A model generated the notes under the pieces. That model was not told where the DNA came from. It was given only the letters and a program-made list of their open reading frames with translations, and did not search any database. This document shows, one piece after another, positions 17,447 to 26,158 of a stretch of DNA of 32,000 nucleotides. How positions within the stretch are numbered: position 1 is the first letter of the stretch; the number at the start of each line of letters is the position of its first letter. Source of the DNA: Falsochrobactrum tianjinense (GTDB lineage: Bacteria > Pseudomonadota > Alphaproteobacteria > Rhizobiales > Rhizobiaceae); contig NZ_JAHRVA010000001.1 in the NCBI RefSeq assembly GCF_019100495.1, positions 656,597-688,596 on the forward strand, in the 5' to 3' direction. The position numbers and the translations under genes were made by a program.

Positions 17447-17658
17447 TGCATCACATTGCACACGAATATTTGTACGCAAGATGGCTTGAAGCGCCGGTCG
17501 ATCAGTGAATCTATAGGCGAGGCTGACGGGATTCGATTCCAATTCTCGCGCCGATAGTGTGGCGCTCATGCGACTTTGGCCGGAAAATGAGTCGCACTAT
17601 CTGCTAAGCTCATATTTTTCCAAGATAAAAAACCTTTTGTAGCAATCGCTTCACTGCC

Positions 17659-17687
17659 TTGACTAGCGCGTGCTGTGTCAATATGTT
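17659..17687 (+). promoter_or_regulatory. Sigma-70-type promoter of the atpIBEF2F operon
   Basis: TTGACT, a 17-nt spacer, then TATGTT. It is preceded by an A/T-rich UP-like stretch (17610..17640) and lies about 58 nt upstream of the atpI ATG. Confidence 0.55.
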
Positions 17688-17744
17688 GCGCGCAACTTGG
17701 AAATGGGGTTGAAGGCCCTGCATTTCTTGCAAGAAGGAGCTGTC

Positions 17745-18143
17745 ATGGCGCGCGGGACTGAACCCGGAAAGCCATCCGGAGCCGGTAGGGATGCGGACCA
17801 CAAGCCTGTTTCGGGGGAGCTGGATCAGCGATTGAATCGCCTTGAGGTCGAACTGACCAAAAAAGGTGCGTTCAAGACACCGGCTTCCGAAGAGGAGCGG
17901 TCCGGAACATCGGGTTCGGTCGCGCAGGCCATGAAGCTTTCCAGCGAGTTCATCGCGGGCATCGTGGTCGGGGCGCTGATCGGCTGGTTTCTTGATCGTT
18001 TTGTCGGCACGTCGCCTTGGGGACTGATCGTATTCCTCCTCCTGGGCTTTGGCGCCGGCACCCTCAATGTGCTGCGGTCTTCAGGATATATTGCCGAACA
18101 AGGCAATATTAAGTCTGACGGGGAAAAGCGCGGCAAGGAATAA
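17745..18143 (+). CDS. atpI: F0F1 ATP synthase protein I (AtpI/AtpZ family)
   Basis: Two TM helices (FIAGIVVGALIGWFLDRF, WGLIVFLLLGFGAG). It is the first gene of the F0 cluster. A GAAGGAG SD lies 5 nt upstream of ATG 17745. Confidence 0.85.
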   Translation: MARGTEPGKPSGAGRDADHKPVSGELDQRLNRLEVELTKKGAFKTPASEEERSGTSGSVAQAMKLSSEFIAGIVVGALIGWFLDRFVGTSPWGLIVFLLLGFGAGTLNVLRSSGYIAEQGNIKSDGEKRGKE

Positions 18144-18214
18144 GTCTTCGCGGACATGCGCAAAATGTTCGCGTATAGACACATGACAACAGGACGTCGT
18201 GTCCAGAACGAAAC

Positions 18215-18245
18215 GCCTTCGGGCAGACCAATTGCCTTCGGGCAG
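18215..18245 (+). repeat. 12-nt perfect direct repeat GCCTTCGGGCAG x2 (19-nt period), each a C(UUCG)G tetraloop mini-hairpin
   Basis: Copies at 18215..18226 and 18234..18245, in the atpI-atpB spacer, ending just before the atpB start region. Confidence 0.6.
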
Positions 18246-18265
18246 GAATGACAGACGAGGTTAAG

Positions 18266-19018
18266 GTGGCGAACGATCCGATCCATCAGTTCCAGGTTTC
18301 CCGGTTGATTCCGATCGATGTAGGTGGTTTGGACCTGTCGTTCACCAATGTTTCGGCTTTCATGGTCGCAACCGTGGTGCTCGCTTCAGGCTTTCTTTAC
18401 TTCACCTCATCCAGTCGGGGCATGATTCCGAGCCGCTTGCAATCGGTTTCGGAAATGGCCTATGAATTCGTGGCCACCAGTCTTCGGGATTCGGCGGGAT
18501 CGAAGGGCATGAAGTTCTTCCCCTTCGTCTTCTCGCTGTTCATGTTCGTGCTGATTGCGAATTTCATCGGTCTGGTGCCTTATTTCTATACGGTGACGAG
18601 CCAGATCATCGTGACCTTTGCCCTTTCGCTGCTGGTCATCGGCACGGTCATTTTCTACGGTTTCTTCAAGCACGGCTTCGGCTTTCTCAAGCTCTTCGTG
18701 CCGCAGGGCGTGCCGGGCATCATCGTGCCGCTGGTCGTCGCCATTGAGATAATCTCGTTTCTGTCACGCCCGATCAGCCTTTCGGTTCGTCTTTTCGCCA
18801 ACATGCTAGCCGGTCACATCACGCTCAAGGTTTTCGCGGGCTTCGTGGTCTCGTTGGCTGCAATCGGCAATGTCTGGGGCATCGGCGGCGCTGTTCTGCC
18901 GCTCTTGATGACGGTCGCGATCACCGCGCTCGAATTCCTGGTGGCGTTTCTCCAGGCTTACGTCTTTACCGTTCTCACCTGCATGTACATCAACGACGCT
19001 GTACATCCGGGACACTGA
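18266..19018 (+). CDS. atpB: F0F1 ATP synthase subunit a
   Basis: Conserved subunit-a C-terminal region ([13 protein letters not shown]...). The preferred start is GTG 18266 (VANDPIHQF..., GAGG 5 nt upstream). The ATG at 18248 used by the track has AGGA directly abutting it with no spacer. Confidence 0.93.
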   Translation: MANDPIHQFQVSRLIPIDVGGLDLSFTNVSAFMVATVVLASGFLYFTSSSRGMIPSRLQSVSEMAYEFVATSLRDSAGSKGMKFFPFVFSLFMFVLIANFIGLVPYFYTVTSQIIVTFALSLLVIGTVIFYGFFKHGFGFLKLFVPQGVPGIIVPLVVAIEIISFLSRPISLSVRLFANMLAGHITLKVFAGFVVSLAAIGNVWGIGGAVLPLLMTVAITALEFLVAFLQAYVFTVLTCMYINDAVHPGH

Positions 19019-19084
19019 GTTCTAACCGGCGGGCGACCGCCAGAACTGAAATCCGCACTTATTTTTATCCAGAAGGAGCTTAAC

Positions 19085-19312
19085 ATGGAAGCGGAAGCAG
19101 CAAAGTACATCGGCGCCGGTCTCGCCTGTTTCGGTATGGCCGGTACGGCTCTCGGCCTCGGCAACATCTTCGCAAGCTATCTCTCCGGCGCTCTGCGCAA
19201 TCCGTCCGCCGCTGACAGCCAGTTCGGCCGTCTGGTGTTCGGCTTCGCCGTGACGGAAGCTCTGGGCATCTTCTCGCTGCTCATCGCGCTTCTGCTCCTC
19301 TTCGCCGTCTGA
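19085..19312 (+). CDS. atpE: F0F1 ATP synthase subunit c
   Basis: A 75-aa hairpin proteolipid with the GxGxGxG helix and the carboxylate in FAVTEALGIF. An AAGGAG SD lies upstream. Confidence 0.96.
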   Translation: MEAEAAKYIGAGLACFGMAGTALGLGNIFASYLSGALRNPSAADSQFGRLVFGFAVTEALGIFSLLIALLLLFAV

Positions 19313-19448
19313 TAACGGCTGCAAGGAACTGGCCTGCCGCGAAGCATCCAAATCCGGTGCATGCGCGGCTGGCCTTTGCATAAGACGTTTGAGCAAGGCA
19401 TGATCCGGTTTACGGACAAGATCATGCCGGATTGAAGGGGAAATCTGG

Positions 19449-20066
19449 ATGTTCGTGTCCACGGCGTTTGCCCAAACCGCCACAGAATCTCAACCGGCCA
19501 GCGAGCAAGGCTCAGTCCCTGCCACCGGTGAGGTGCACACCGAAACCGGGGTTGCGCAAGAGGCCGGGCACGGCAGCGGCGTATTTCCTCCGTTTGATTC
19601 CACCCATTACGCATCGCAGGTCCTCTGGCTGGCGATCACGTTCGGGCTTTTCTATCTGTTCCTGTCGCGCGTGGTTCTGCCACGTATCGGCGGCGTGATC
19701 GAAAACCGTCGCGACCGCATCGCACAGGATCTCGAGCAGGCCGCCCGTCTCAAGCAGGATGCGGACAACGCCATCGCTGCTTATGAACAGGAACTGGCTG
19801 CCGCCCGCGCCAAGGCATCTTCGATTGCCGAAGCCGCTCGTGCGAAAGGCAAGGGCGAAGCCGATGCCGAACGCGCAGCCGCTGAAGCCGTGCTTGAAAG
19901 CAAGCTCAAGGAAGCAGAAGAGCGCATCGCCGCCATCAAGGCCAAGGCCATGAGCGACGTTGGCGCTATCGCTGAAGATACTACGGCGATGATCGTCGAG
20001 CAGCTTCTGGGTACCAAAGCCGACAAGACCGCCATATCGGCGGCTGTCAAGGCGACGAACGCCTGA
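19449..20066 (+). CDS. atpF2: F0F1 ATP synthase subunit b' (b2)
   Basis: N-terminal extension, one TM helix ([20 protein letters not shown]), then a long Ala/Glu/Lys-rich coiled coil. The position after atpE is typical of alphaproteobacteria. Confidence 0.9.
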   Translation: MFVSTAFAQTATESQPASEQGSVPATGEVHTETGVAQEAGHGSGVFPPFDSTHYASQVLWLAITFGLFYLFLSRVVLPRIGGVIENRRDRIAQDLEQAARLKQDADNAIAAYEQELAAARAKASSIAEAARAKGKGEADAERAAAEAVLESKLKEAEERIAAIKAKAMSDVGAIAEDTTAMIVEQLLGTKADKTAISAAVKATNA

Positions 20067-20076
20067 GGAGAAGACA

Positions 20077-20556
20077 ATGGACGCTACATTCTGGGCATTT
20101 GTTGCTCTCGTCATCTTCATCGCCATCAATATTTACCTGAAGGTTCCGGGCATGATCGGGCGTTCGCTTGACGAGCGTGCGGACAATATTCGCAAGGAAC
20201 TGGAAGAAGCGCGCACGTTGCGTGAAGAAGCGCAGCAGCTTCTGGCGGAATATCACCGCAAGCGCAAGGAAGCCGAGAAGGAAGCAGGCGACATCGTCGC
20301 TGCCGCCGAACGCGAGGCCAAGGCGCTGCTTGAGGAAGCCAAGCGTTCGACCGAGGAATATGTGGCCCGCCGCAACAAGCTTGCCGAGCAAAAGATCGCA
20401 ACCGCGGAAGTGGATGCCATCAATGCGGTTCGCGCGTCTGCGGTTGATCTGGCGGTCGCAGCGGCAGGCAAGATCGTATCCGATAAGATGGATACGCGCC
20501 TTTCAGGCAATCTGTTCAAGGATGCGCTCACACAGGTCAAGTCGAACCTGAACTGA
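20077..20556 (+). CDS. atpF: F0F1 ATP synthase subunit b
   Basis: One N-terminal TM helix (FWAFVALVIFIAINIYL) plus a charged coiled coil. A GAGGAG SD lies upstream. Confidence 0.92.
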   Translation: MDATFWAFVALVIFIAINIYLKVPGMIGRSLDERADNIRKELEEARTLREEAQQLLAEYHRKRKEAEKEAGDIVAAAEREAKALLEEAKRSTEEYVARRNKLAEQKIATAEVDAINAVRASAVDLAVAAAGKIVSDKMDTRLSGNLFKDALTQVKSNLN

Positions 20557-20580
20557 TTTCGATTACAAATAGAGATCGTG

Positions 20581-20610
20581 AAAATGCCGCCTTCCATAGG
20601 CGGCATTTTT
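20581..20610. terminator. Bidirectional Rho-independent terminator between atpF (+) and rnhB (-)
   Basis: AAAATGCCGCC-ttccata-GGCGGCATTTTT: an 8-bp GC-rich stem flanked by an A-run and a T-run. Confidence 0.85.
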
Positions 20611-20626
20611 GTTGTTGCGGCTTGTT

Positions 20627-21289
20627 TCAGGCGCTGAAGCGCCCTTTGATCGGTGAGAAAGTATAGCGATGAATGCCAGGCACGGGACCGTCGCTTTCAA
20701 TGGCGGCGCGGTGCCTTGCGGTTCCATATCCCGCATGGATTTCAAGACCGTAGGGCGGGTGAGCGATGCCCGCACGGATCATCATGCGATCACGCGTGAC
20801 CTTCGCGACGATGGAGGCTGCGGCAATGGAAATCGAGCGCTGATCGCCCTTGATCAGAGCGGATCCGGGGCAGGAGAGGCCGGGAGGCACATCGCGCCCA
20901 TCGATCAGCGCATGACAGGGCTTGAGGGTCAGGCCGACAAGGGCGCGGCGCATGGCTTCCAGCGCAGCCTTGCGAATATCGCTTGTATCGATGCTGCGCG
21001 CGCTCAGGCTGGCAACCGATATAGTCACGGCCTTGGCGAGGATTACCTCATAAAGCGCCTCGCGCTTTGCGGCCTTGAGCCGTTTGGAATCATCCAGGCC
21101 GTCCGGCAGATCGCCAGCATCCAAAACCACTGCCGCAGCCACGACCGGCCCTGCAAGCGGACCGCGCCCGGCTTCGTCAATGCCTGCAATATGAAAGCGC
21201 CCCCGCGCCAGCAGCCTTCTCTCTTCGGAGAAATCGGGGGCGACAGGAAGATCGAAAAGAAGCGGAGAATCAGAAGCGGAGCATGTCAT
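20627..21289 (-). CDS. rnhB: Ribonuclease HII
   Basis: [21 protein letters not shown] and DSKRL catalytic motifs. 220 aa. Confidence 0.95.
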   Translation of the reverse strand: MTCSASDSPLLFDLPVAPDFSEERRLLARGRFHIAGIDEAGRGPLAGPVVAAAVVLDAGDLPDGLDDSKRLKAAKREALYEVILAKAVTISVASLSARSIDTSDIRKAALEAMRRALVGLTLKPCHALIDGRDVPPGLSCPGSALIKGDQRSISIAAASIVAKVTRDRMMIRAGIAHPPYGLEIHAGYGTARHRAAIESDGPVPGIHRYTFSPIKGRFSA

Positions 21290-21384
21290 GGGGCAGTCAT
21301 GCTCGCATTGCTTCCGATTCTCCGCAAGGGCTTCCTGCCAGAGGGTGGCGGCTTGGGACAGAAAGCCTTCTCCTGAAACGAAAA

Positions 21385-22554
21385 TCAGGCGAACAATGAA
21401 AGCTGTTTTCCGCCTTTCTCGACCGGTTCGAACAGATCGGTGCGCAGTGGCACGCGCCGCCTGTTAAAGCCCAGCTTGCGCGCCGCGATCTCGAACCGGC
21501 GTCCGATCTGCCATGCATAAGGCCCGGTTCCGCGCATGCGCTTACCCCATTCGGCGTCATAATCCTTGCCGTCGCGCATGGAGCGCACCAGCGACATGAC
21601 ATGGCGATAGCGATCTGGATAGTTGCGCAACAGCCAGTCCTTGAACAGGGGTGCAACTTCCAGCGGCAACCGCAACAGCACATAGCCTGCCTCACGCGCG
21701 CCTTGCGCATAAGCGGCGTCGAGAATGCGCTCGATCTCGTGATCATTGATGCCCGGAATGACCGGCCCCATCATCACATTGGCCGGAATGCCGGCATCGG
21801 CAAGCTTGCGGATCGCCTGAAGCCGTAGGGTGGGGGTCGAAGCGCGCGGCTCCATGGTACGGGCAAGACTTGCATCGAGCGTGGTCACCGAAAGCGCGAC
21901 CTTGACCAGACCCTTTTCGGCCATGCGGCTCAATATATCGATATCGCGCACCACGAGAGCCGATTTGGTGACGATGCCCACCGGATGATTGGCGGCTTCC
22001 AACACTTCGAGAATCTCGCGCATGATGCGCCACTTCTTCTCAACCGGTTGATAGGGATCGGTATTGGTGCCGATGGCAATGGTTTTGGGCTGGTAGCCGG
22101 GCTTGGCCAGTTCGCGCTCCAAAAGGCGCGGCGCATCAGGCTTGGCAAACAGCCGCGTCTCGAAATCCAGGCCGGCAGAGAGACCCATATAGCTATGCGT
22201 CGGGCGGGCGAAGCAATAGATGCAGCCATGCTCGCAGCCGCGATAGGGATTGATCGAGCGGTCGAAGCTGATGTCGGGCGAATCATTGCGGGTGATGATC
22301 GTGCGTGGTTTTTCGACTTGCACATCGGTCTTGAATGCAGGCAGGTCTTCAAGCGTCGTCCAGCCATCGTCGAATTCGTGCCGCGTCGCCGGCTCGAACC
22401 GGCCCGTAGGATTGATGCCAGCCCCGCGTCCGCGCCGCCTTGAGTGATCGATACGCAGGCCCGCTTCACCGACCAGCGCATTGGCGTGTTCCGCCCGGTC
22501 TGTTCCGAATGTAGCCCCGAAGGCTACCTTGTCTGCCTGCTGGATGATGTCCAT
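21385..22554 (-). CDS. Radical SAM protein, PA0069 / SplB-like (DNA-repair-photolyase-like) family
   Basis: [12 protein letters not shown] (a CxxxCxxC radical SAM cluster motif) and an N-terminal [14 protein letters not shown] motif typical of the PA0069 family. Confidence 0.85.
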   Translation of the reverse strand: MDIIQQADKVAFGATFGTDRAEHANALVGEAGLRIDHSRRRGRGAGINPTGRFEPATRHEFDDGWTTLEDLPAFKTDVQVEKPRTIITRNDSPDISFDRSINPYRGCEHGCIYCFARPTHSYMGLSAGLDFETRLFAKPDAPRLLERELAKPGYQPKTIAIGTNTDPYQPVEKKWRIMREILEVLEAANHPVGIVTKSALVVRDIDILSRMAEKGLVKVALSVTTLDASLARTMEPRASTPTLRLQAIRKLADAGIPANVMMGPVIPGINDHEIERILDAAYAQGAREAGYVLLRLPLEVAPLFKDWLLRNYPDRYRHVMSLVRSMRDGKDYDAEWGKRMRGTGPYAWQIGRRFEIAARKLGFNRRRVPLRTDLFEPVEKGGKQLSLFA

Positions 22555-22599
22555 GATTCGGTTCTCTCATTGCTGAATCTATTCCTAACGGAAAACGTA

Positions 22600-22614
22600 G
22601 AACAAATCAAGAAC
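22600..22614. promoter_or_regulatory. Alphaproteobacterial LexA (SOS) box GAAC-N7-GAAC (GTTCTTGATTTGTTC on the gene strand)
   Basis: Perfect match to the GTTC-N7-GTTC direct repeat, 46 nt upstream of the radical SAM ATG. The TTGATT inside the box resembles a -35 hexamer. Confidence 0.6.
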
Positions 22615-22634
22615 ATATTCTGTGACGGCGAAAT

Positions 22635-23579
22635 TTAGATCGGAATCGGGCTGGAAGATGCCGTGCGGGCCGGGACGATAAACCAGCCGGGATGGTCGGA
22701 GCGGATCGCGGCGGCGGCGCGCTGCGCAGTTTCGATATCGGCAAAAAGCCCGAAACAGGTCGCGCCGGAACCTGATATTTGCGCATAAAGCGCCTGGTGG
22801 CCGCGCAGCAGATCGAGCTTTTTTGCAATATGCGGCGCAAGTGTAAGCGCCGCAGGCAGCAAATCGTTGCGGGTGGAACGCAGATAGGAGCACAATGATT
22901 CGAGAGGGGATTCAAGCGAGCGGAAAGCGCGCTGCGGCAGCGCTCCATTATCGCGCCGGCTCAGGGCACAAAATACATCCGGGGTTGCCAGCGCGGTGCC
23001 GTCATTGACGAGCAGCAGGGCAAGAGCGGGCATATCGTCGACAGGAATGATATCCTCGCCAATGCCGCGCGCAATAAGCGGCGTGCGGAAGGCCGCACCA
23101 TGAAGGCACATGGGCAGATCGGCCCCAAGGGTAAGACCAAGGGTTGCGAGTTCGTCAAAACTCAAGCCCAGTTTCCACAGATCGTTGAGCGCGAGTAGCG
23201 TTGCTGCGGCATCACTCGATCCGCCGCCAATGCCGGAGGCGATGGGCAGGTTTTTTTCCAGATGAATGGCCACGGCAGGCAGCGCGGATCCGAATTCTCG
23301 GCGCAGAATATCGCGCGCCTTGAGCACCAGATTGCCGCTATCAAGCGGAATGCCGTCGGAAAATGGGCCGCTGATGCGAAAGCTGTCCGCGCCGCTTTTT
23401 TCGATATGAACGTGATCGCCGATATCGGCAAAGGCCACCAGCATGTCGAGCAGATGATAGCCGTCATCCCTGCGACCCGTCACATGGAGCGCCAGATTGA
23501 TTTTGGCCGGGGCAAGACGCGTGACGCGGTGCACGGCCACATCAATGGCTGGATCGGCGTCCATAACGGGGTTCGTCAT
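22635..23579 (-). CDS. ispE: 4-(cytidine 5'-diphospho)-2-C-methyl-D-erythritol kinase
   Basis: [20 protein letters not shown] and [21 protein letters not shown]-kinase motifs. Start chosen at ATG 23579 (MTNPVMDAD...). The 90-codon upstream extension in the track overlaps another gene. Confidence 0.92.
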   Translation of the reverse strand: MTNPVMDADPAIDVAVHRVTRLAPAKINLALHVTGRRDDGYHLLDMLVAFADIGDHVHIEKSGADSFRISGPFSDGIPLDSGNLVLKARDILRREFGSALPAVAIHLEKNLPIASGIGGGSSDAAATLLALNDLWKLGLSFDELATLGLTLGADLPMCLHGAAFRTPLIARGIGEDIIPVDDMPALALLLVNDGTALATPDVFCALSRRDNGALPQRAFRSLESPLESLCSYLRSTRNDLLPAALTLAPHIAKKLDLLRGHQALYAQISGSGATCFGLFADIETAQRAAAAIRSDHPGWFIVPARTASSSPIPI

Positions 23580-23593
23580 CGGCGGAAAGCGGA

Positions 23594-23779
23594 TCAGTCT
23601 TTCTTGACGTAATATTCGCCCGTCTTCGGGTCCTGAACCAATGTGCCGTGGGCACGGTTCTGCGCTTCCTTTTCCGCCTGCCGCACGCGCTGGGTAACGC
23701 GCACCGCCTCGCGCTTGAACGAGCGGTAGCCGTACCAGGCGGCGGCAATGATCAGCAGCAGGAATATAAGCTGGGGCAT
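23594..23779 (-). CDS. Small single-pass membrane protein (61 aa), function unknown
   Basis: [61 protein letters not shown] has a TM helix, a basic amphipathic segment and a DPKTGEYY tail. GAAGGA lies 8 nt upstream. It ends 14 nt before ispE. Confidence 0.55.
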   Translation of the reverse strand: MPQLIFLLLIIAAAWYGYRSFKREAVRVTQRVRQAEKEAQNRAHGTLVQDPKTGEYYVKKD

Positions 23780-23904
23780 GGCCTGTGTCCTTCGGCTTGC
23801 ACATGGCCCCGAATGCCGTTTCGGGATCATGATCTGAAAATTCATGCAAATGGCATGGGATTGCCTGTCAGTACTGGCAGTATATCATGGTCAAACCATG
23901 AAAT

Positions 23905-24765
23905 TCAAAGCCCGTAACGCGCCCAGAGTGCTTTTTCTTCCGCGACTGACAAAAGACCCGCACCGATATTGGCCCCGAGGCCCTGATCCAGGGCAAGTTC
24001 GACGCCGGGTATCTTGCGGCCCAGCATGCTGCGCTTCGGCTCAACCAGCTTCAGCCTGACCTTGTTTCCATAGGCCTTGCGCAAAAAGCTGCGCATATCA
24101 CCCAGCCCGTCGATCAGGCCGAGTTCCTTGGCCTTCGTACCGGTCCAGAACAGCCCGGTGAAAAGATCGGGATCATTGGCAAGCTTGGTGCCGCGTCGTT
24201 CCTGCACCATGTCGATGAAAGTCTGGTGAATTTCCAGTTGCAGCGCCTTCAGACGCTCGATATCGGCTTTTTTCTCGGGCTGGAACGGATCGAGCGTGGC
24301 CTTGTTCTGTCCCGCCGTATAGACGCGCCGTTCCACGCCGATCTTCTTCAGAAGTTCGGGAAAGCCGAAAGAGGCCGAAACGACCCCGATGGAGCCGACA
24401 ATGGAGGATGGGTCGGCGATGATCTCGTCGCCTGCCAACGCGATCATATAGCCGCCAGATGCTGCTGCGTCCTCGACAAAAATGAAGACGCGCTTGCCAT
24501 GTTCGTCAGCGAGATCGCGGATGCGGCGATAAATCAGCCGCGACTGAACCGGCGAGCCGCCAGGGGAATTCAGCGAAATGGCGACCGCAGGCGCCTCCTT
24601 ATCGGCGAAGGCTTTTTCCAGCACTTCTGCGGTACTTGCGAGCGACAGCATCGGGCGAAATGAATTGCCGCCCGTCATGATGGCGCCATGCATTCGCACG
24701 ACGGGAATTTCAATGAATTTTGGGCGGAAACGGCGCGGAATGAGGCGGGTTAAAATGCCAAGCAA
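23905..24765 (-). CDS. S49-family serine peptidase (SppA 36K-type signal peptide peptidase)
   Basis: ISLNSPGGSPVQS and AASGGYMIALAGD motifs of the ClpP/crotonase-fold S49 peptidases. TTG start at 24765 with GGAG 6 nt upstream. Confidence 0.85.
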   Translation of the reverse strand: MLGILTRLIPRRFRPKFIEIPVVRMHGAIMTGGNSFRPMLSLASTAEVLEKAFADKEAPAVAISLNSPGGSPVQSRLIYRRIRDLADEHGKRVFIFVEDAAASGGYMIALAGDEIIADPSSIVGSIGVVSASFGFPELLKKIGVERRVYTAGQNKATLDPFQPEKKADIERLKALQLEIHQTFIDMVQERRGTKLANDPDLFTGLFWTGTKAKELGLIDGLGDMRSFLRKAYGNKVRLKLVEPKRSMLGRKIPGVELALDQGLGANIGAGLLSVAEEKALWARYGL

Positions 24766-24832
24766 GGCGAACTCCAGGTTCTAAAAATTCTGTCAGATGC
24801 AATGTAGGAAAGAATATAGGCAACACAAAGAG

Positions 24833-24860
24833 AAATGCCCGGAATAATTTCCGGGCATTT
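24833..24860 (-). terminator. Rho-independent terminator of nhaA
   Basis: AAATGCCCGGAA-TAAT-TTCCGGGCATTT, a 12-bp stem 17 nt downstream of the nhaA stop. On the minus strand it is followed by TTTCTCTTTGTGTT. Confidence 0.8.
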
Positions 24861-24876
24861 CACGATCAGATATTCA

Positions 24877-26058
24877 TCAGGCTTTTTTCTGCGGCGACAG
24901 CATCCGCAGCATGACATAGCCGCAGATGGCGGAAAGGGCCGAACCGGTCAGAACGCCGATCTTGGTTTCGGTCTGCAACAGTTCGGATGGGAACGACAGA
25001 AGACCGATGAAAATGCTCATGGTGAAACCGATGCCGCACAATATGGCGACGCCATAAAGCTGCGCCCAGCTTGCCCCCATCGGCTTTTGCGCAAGGCCCG
25101 TCTTGATTGCAAGCCATGCCGCGCCGAAAACACCAAGTTGCTTGCCCACGAAAAGACCGAGCATGATACCCAGCGGCAGCGTGTCGAAGACAATGGAAGG
25201 GGTCATGCCTGTAAAGGAAATGCCCGCATTGGCAAATCCGAACAGCGGCACGATGAAGAATGCGACCGGCTTTGCCAGCGCATGTTCGAGCCGGTGCAGC
25301 GGCGAACTCATATCGTCAGGCTTGGCCTTGGCGGGCTTGAGCGGGATCATCAGCGCCGCAACGACACCTGCAACGGTGGCATGGACGCCAGAGTTAAGCA
25401 CGAAGAACCAAAGCACTGCACCGCCGATCAGATAGGGTAGCAGCCTGGCAACACCCATGCGGTTCATGATGAAAAGACATGCAGCTGCGGCAAAGGCTGC
25501 GCCCAGGTAGGCCATTGAAAGTTCTGCCGTATAGAAGATCGCGATAATGATTACGGCGGCAAGGTCGTCGAGAATGGCGAGTGTCGCCAGAAACACCTTG
25601 AGGCTGGAGGGCACGCGCGAGCCGAGCAGCGAGAGAACGCCGAGCGCGAAGGCGATATCGGTAGCCGAGGGCACCGCCCAGCCATGCACTTTTTCGGCGT
25701 CCTGATAATTGAAGGCGACAAAGATGATGGCAGGCACGATGACGCCGCCTGCGGCGGCAATGCCGGGCAACATGCGATTGGGCCAGCTTGCGAGCTGGCC
25801 GTCGAGGAATTCGCGCTTGATCTCCAGCCCGACCAGCATAAAGAAGATGGCCATTAGCGCGTCATTGACCCAGTGCGCCACGCTCAGCGGCCCGATATAA
25901 GAATGCAGGGTCCCGAAATAGGTATCCGCCAAAGGCGAATTGGCGACAATCAGCGCAAGTGCAGCCGCCACCATGAGCACGATGCCGCCTGCCGACTCGC
26001 TGTCAAGGAAACGGCGCATGATGGATATGGGGCGGACTGGTTTCAGACTATTGTTCAT
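24877..26058 (-). CDS. nhaA: Na+/H+ antiporter NhaA
   Basis: 393 aa and polytopic. The N-terminal [27 protein letters not shown], together with [17 protein letters not shown] (the DD motif), is characteristic of NhaA. Confidence 0.94.
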   Translation of the reverse strand: MNNSLKPVRPISIMRRFLDSESAGGIVLMVAAALALIVANSPLADTYFGTLHSYIGPLSVAHWVNDALMAIFFMLVGLEIKREFLDGQLASWPNRMLPGIAAAGGVIVPAIIFVAFNYQDAEKVHGWAVPSATDIAFALGVLSLLGSRVPSSLKVFLATLAILDDLAAVIIIAIFYTAELSMAYLGAAFAAAACLFIMNRMGVARLLPYLIGGAVLWFFVLNSGVHATVAGVVAALMIPLKPAKAKPDDMSSPLHRLEHALAKPVAFFIVPLFGFANAGISFTGMTPSIVFDTLPLGIMLGLFVGKQLGVFGAAWLAIKTGLAQKPMGASWAQLYGVAILCGIGFTMSIFIGLLSFPSELLQTETKIGVLTGSALSAICGYVMLRMLSPQKKA

Positions 26059-26158
26059 TGACCTGCGCTAGCTCTTTATTGGGAAGACTTGAATAACTCT
26101 CGATTGGCGTGTGGGTGCAGGAATATTGGCTTGATCGTGCTGCCGCAACCAAAATCGG

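Noticed and set aside
17528-17552. A tRNA-like T-arm motif GGGATTCGATTCC followed by ...CTCGCGCCGA, considered as a tRNA gene.
   Set aside because: The flanking bases cannot form a T-stem, acceptor stem or anticodon arm, so no cloverleaf can be drawn. At most it is a decayed fragment. It is mentioned under the structured-spacer finding.
23580-23849. A 90-codon N-terminal extension of the ispE ORF (track 22635..23849).
   Set aside because: The extension has no IspE similarity. It overlaps the better-supported 61-codon membrane protein in another frame. Conserved IspE sequence begins just after ATG 23579.
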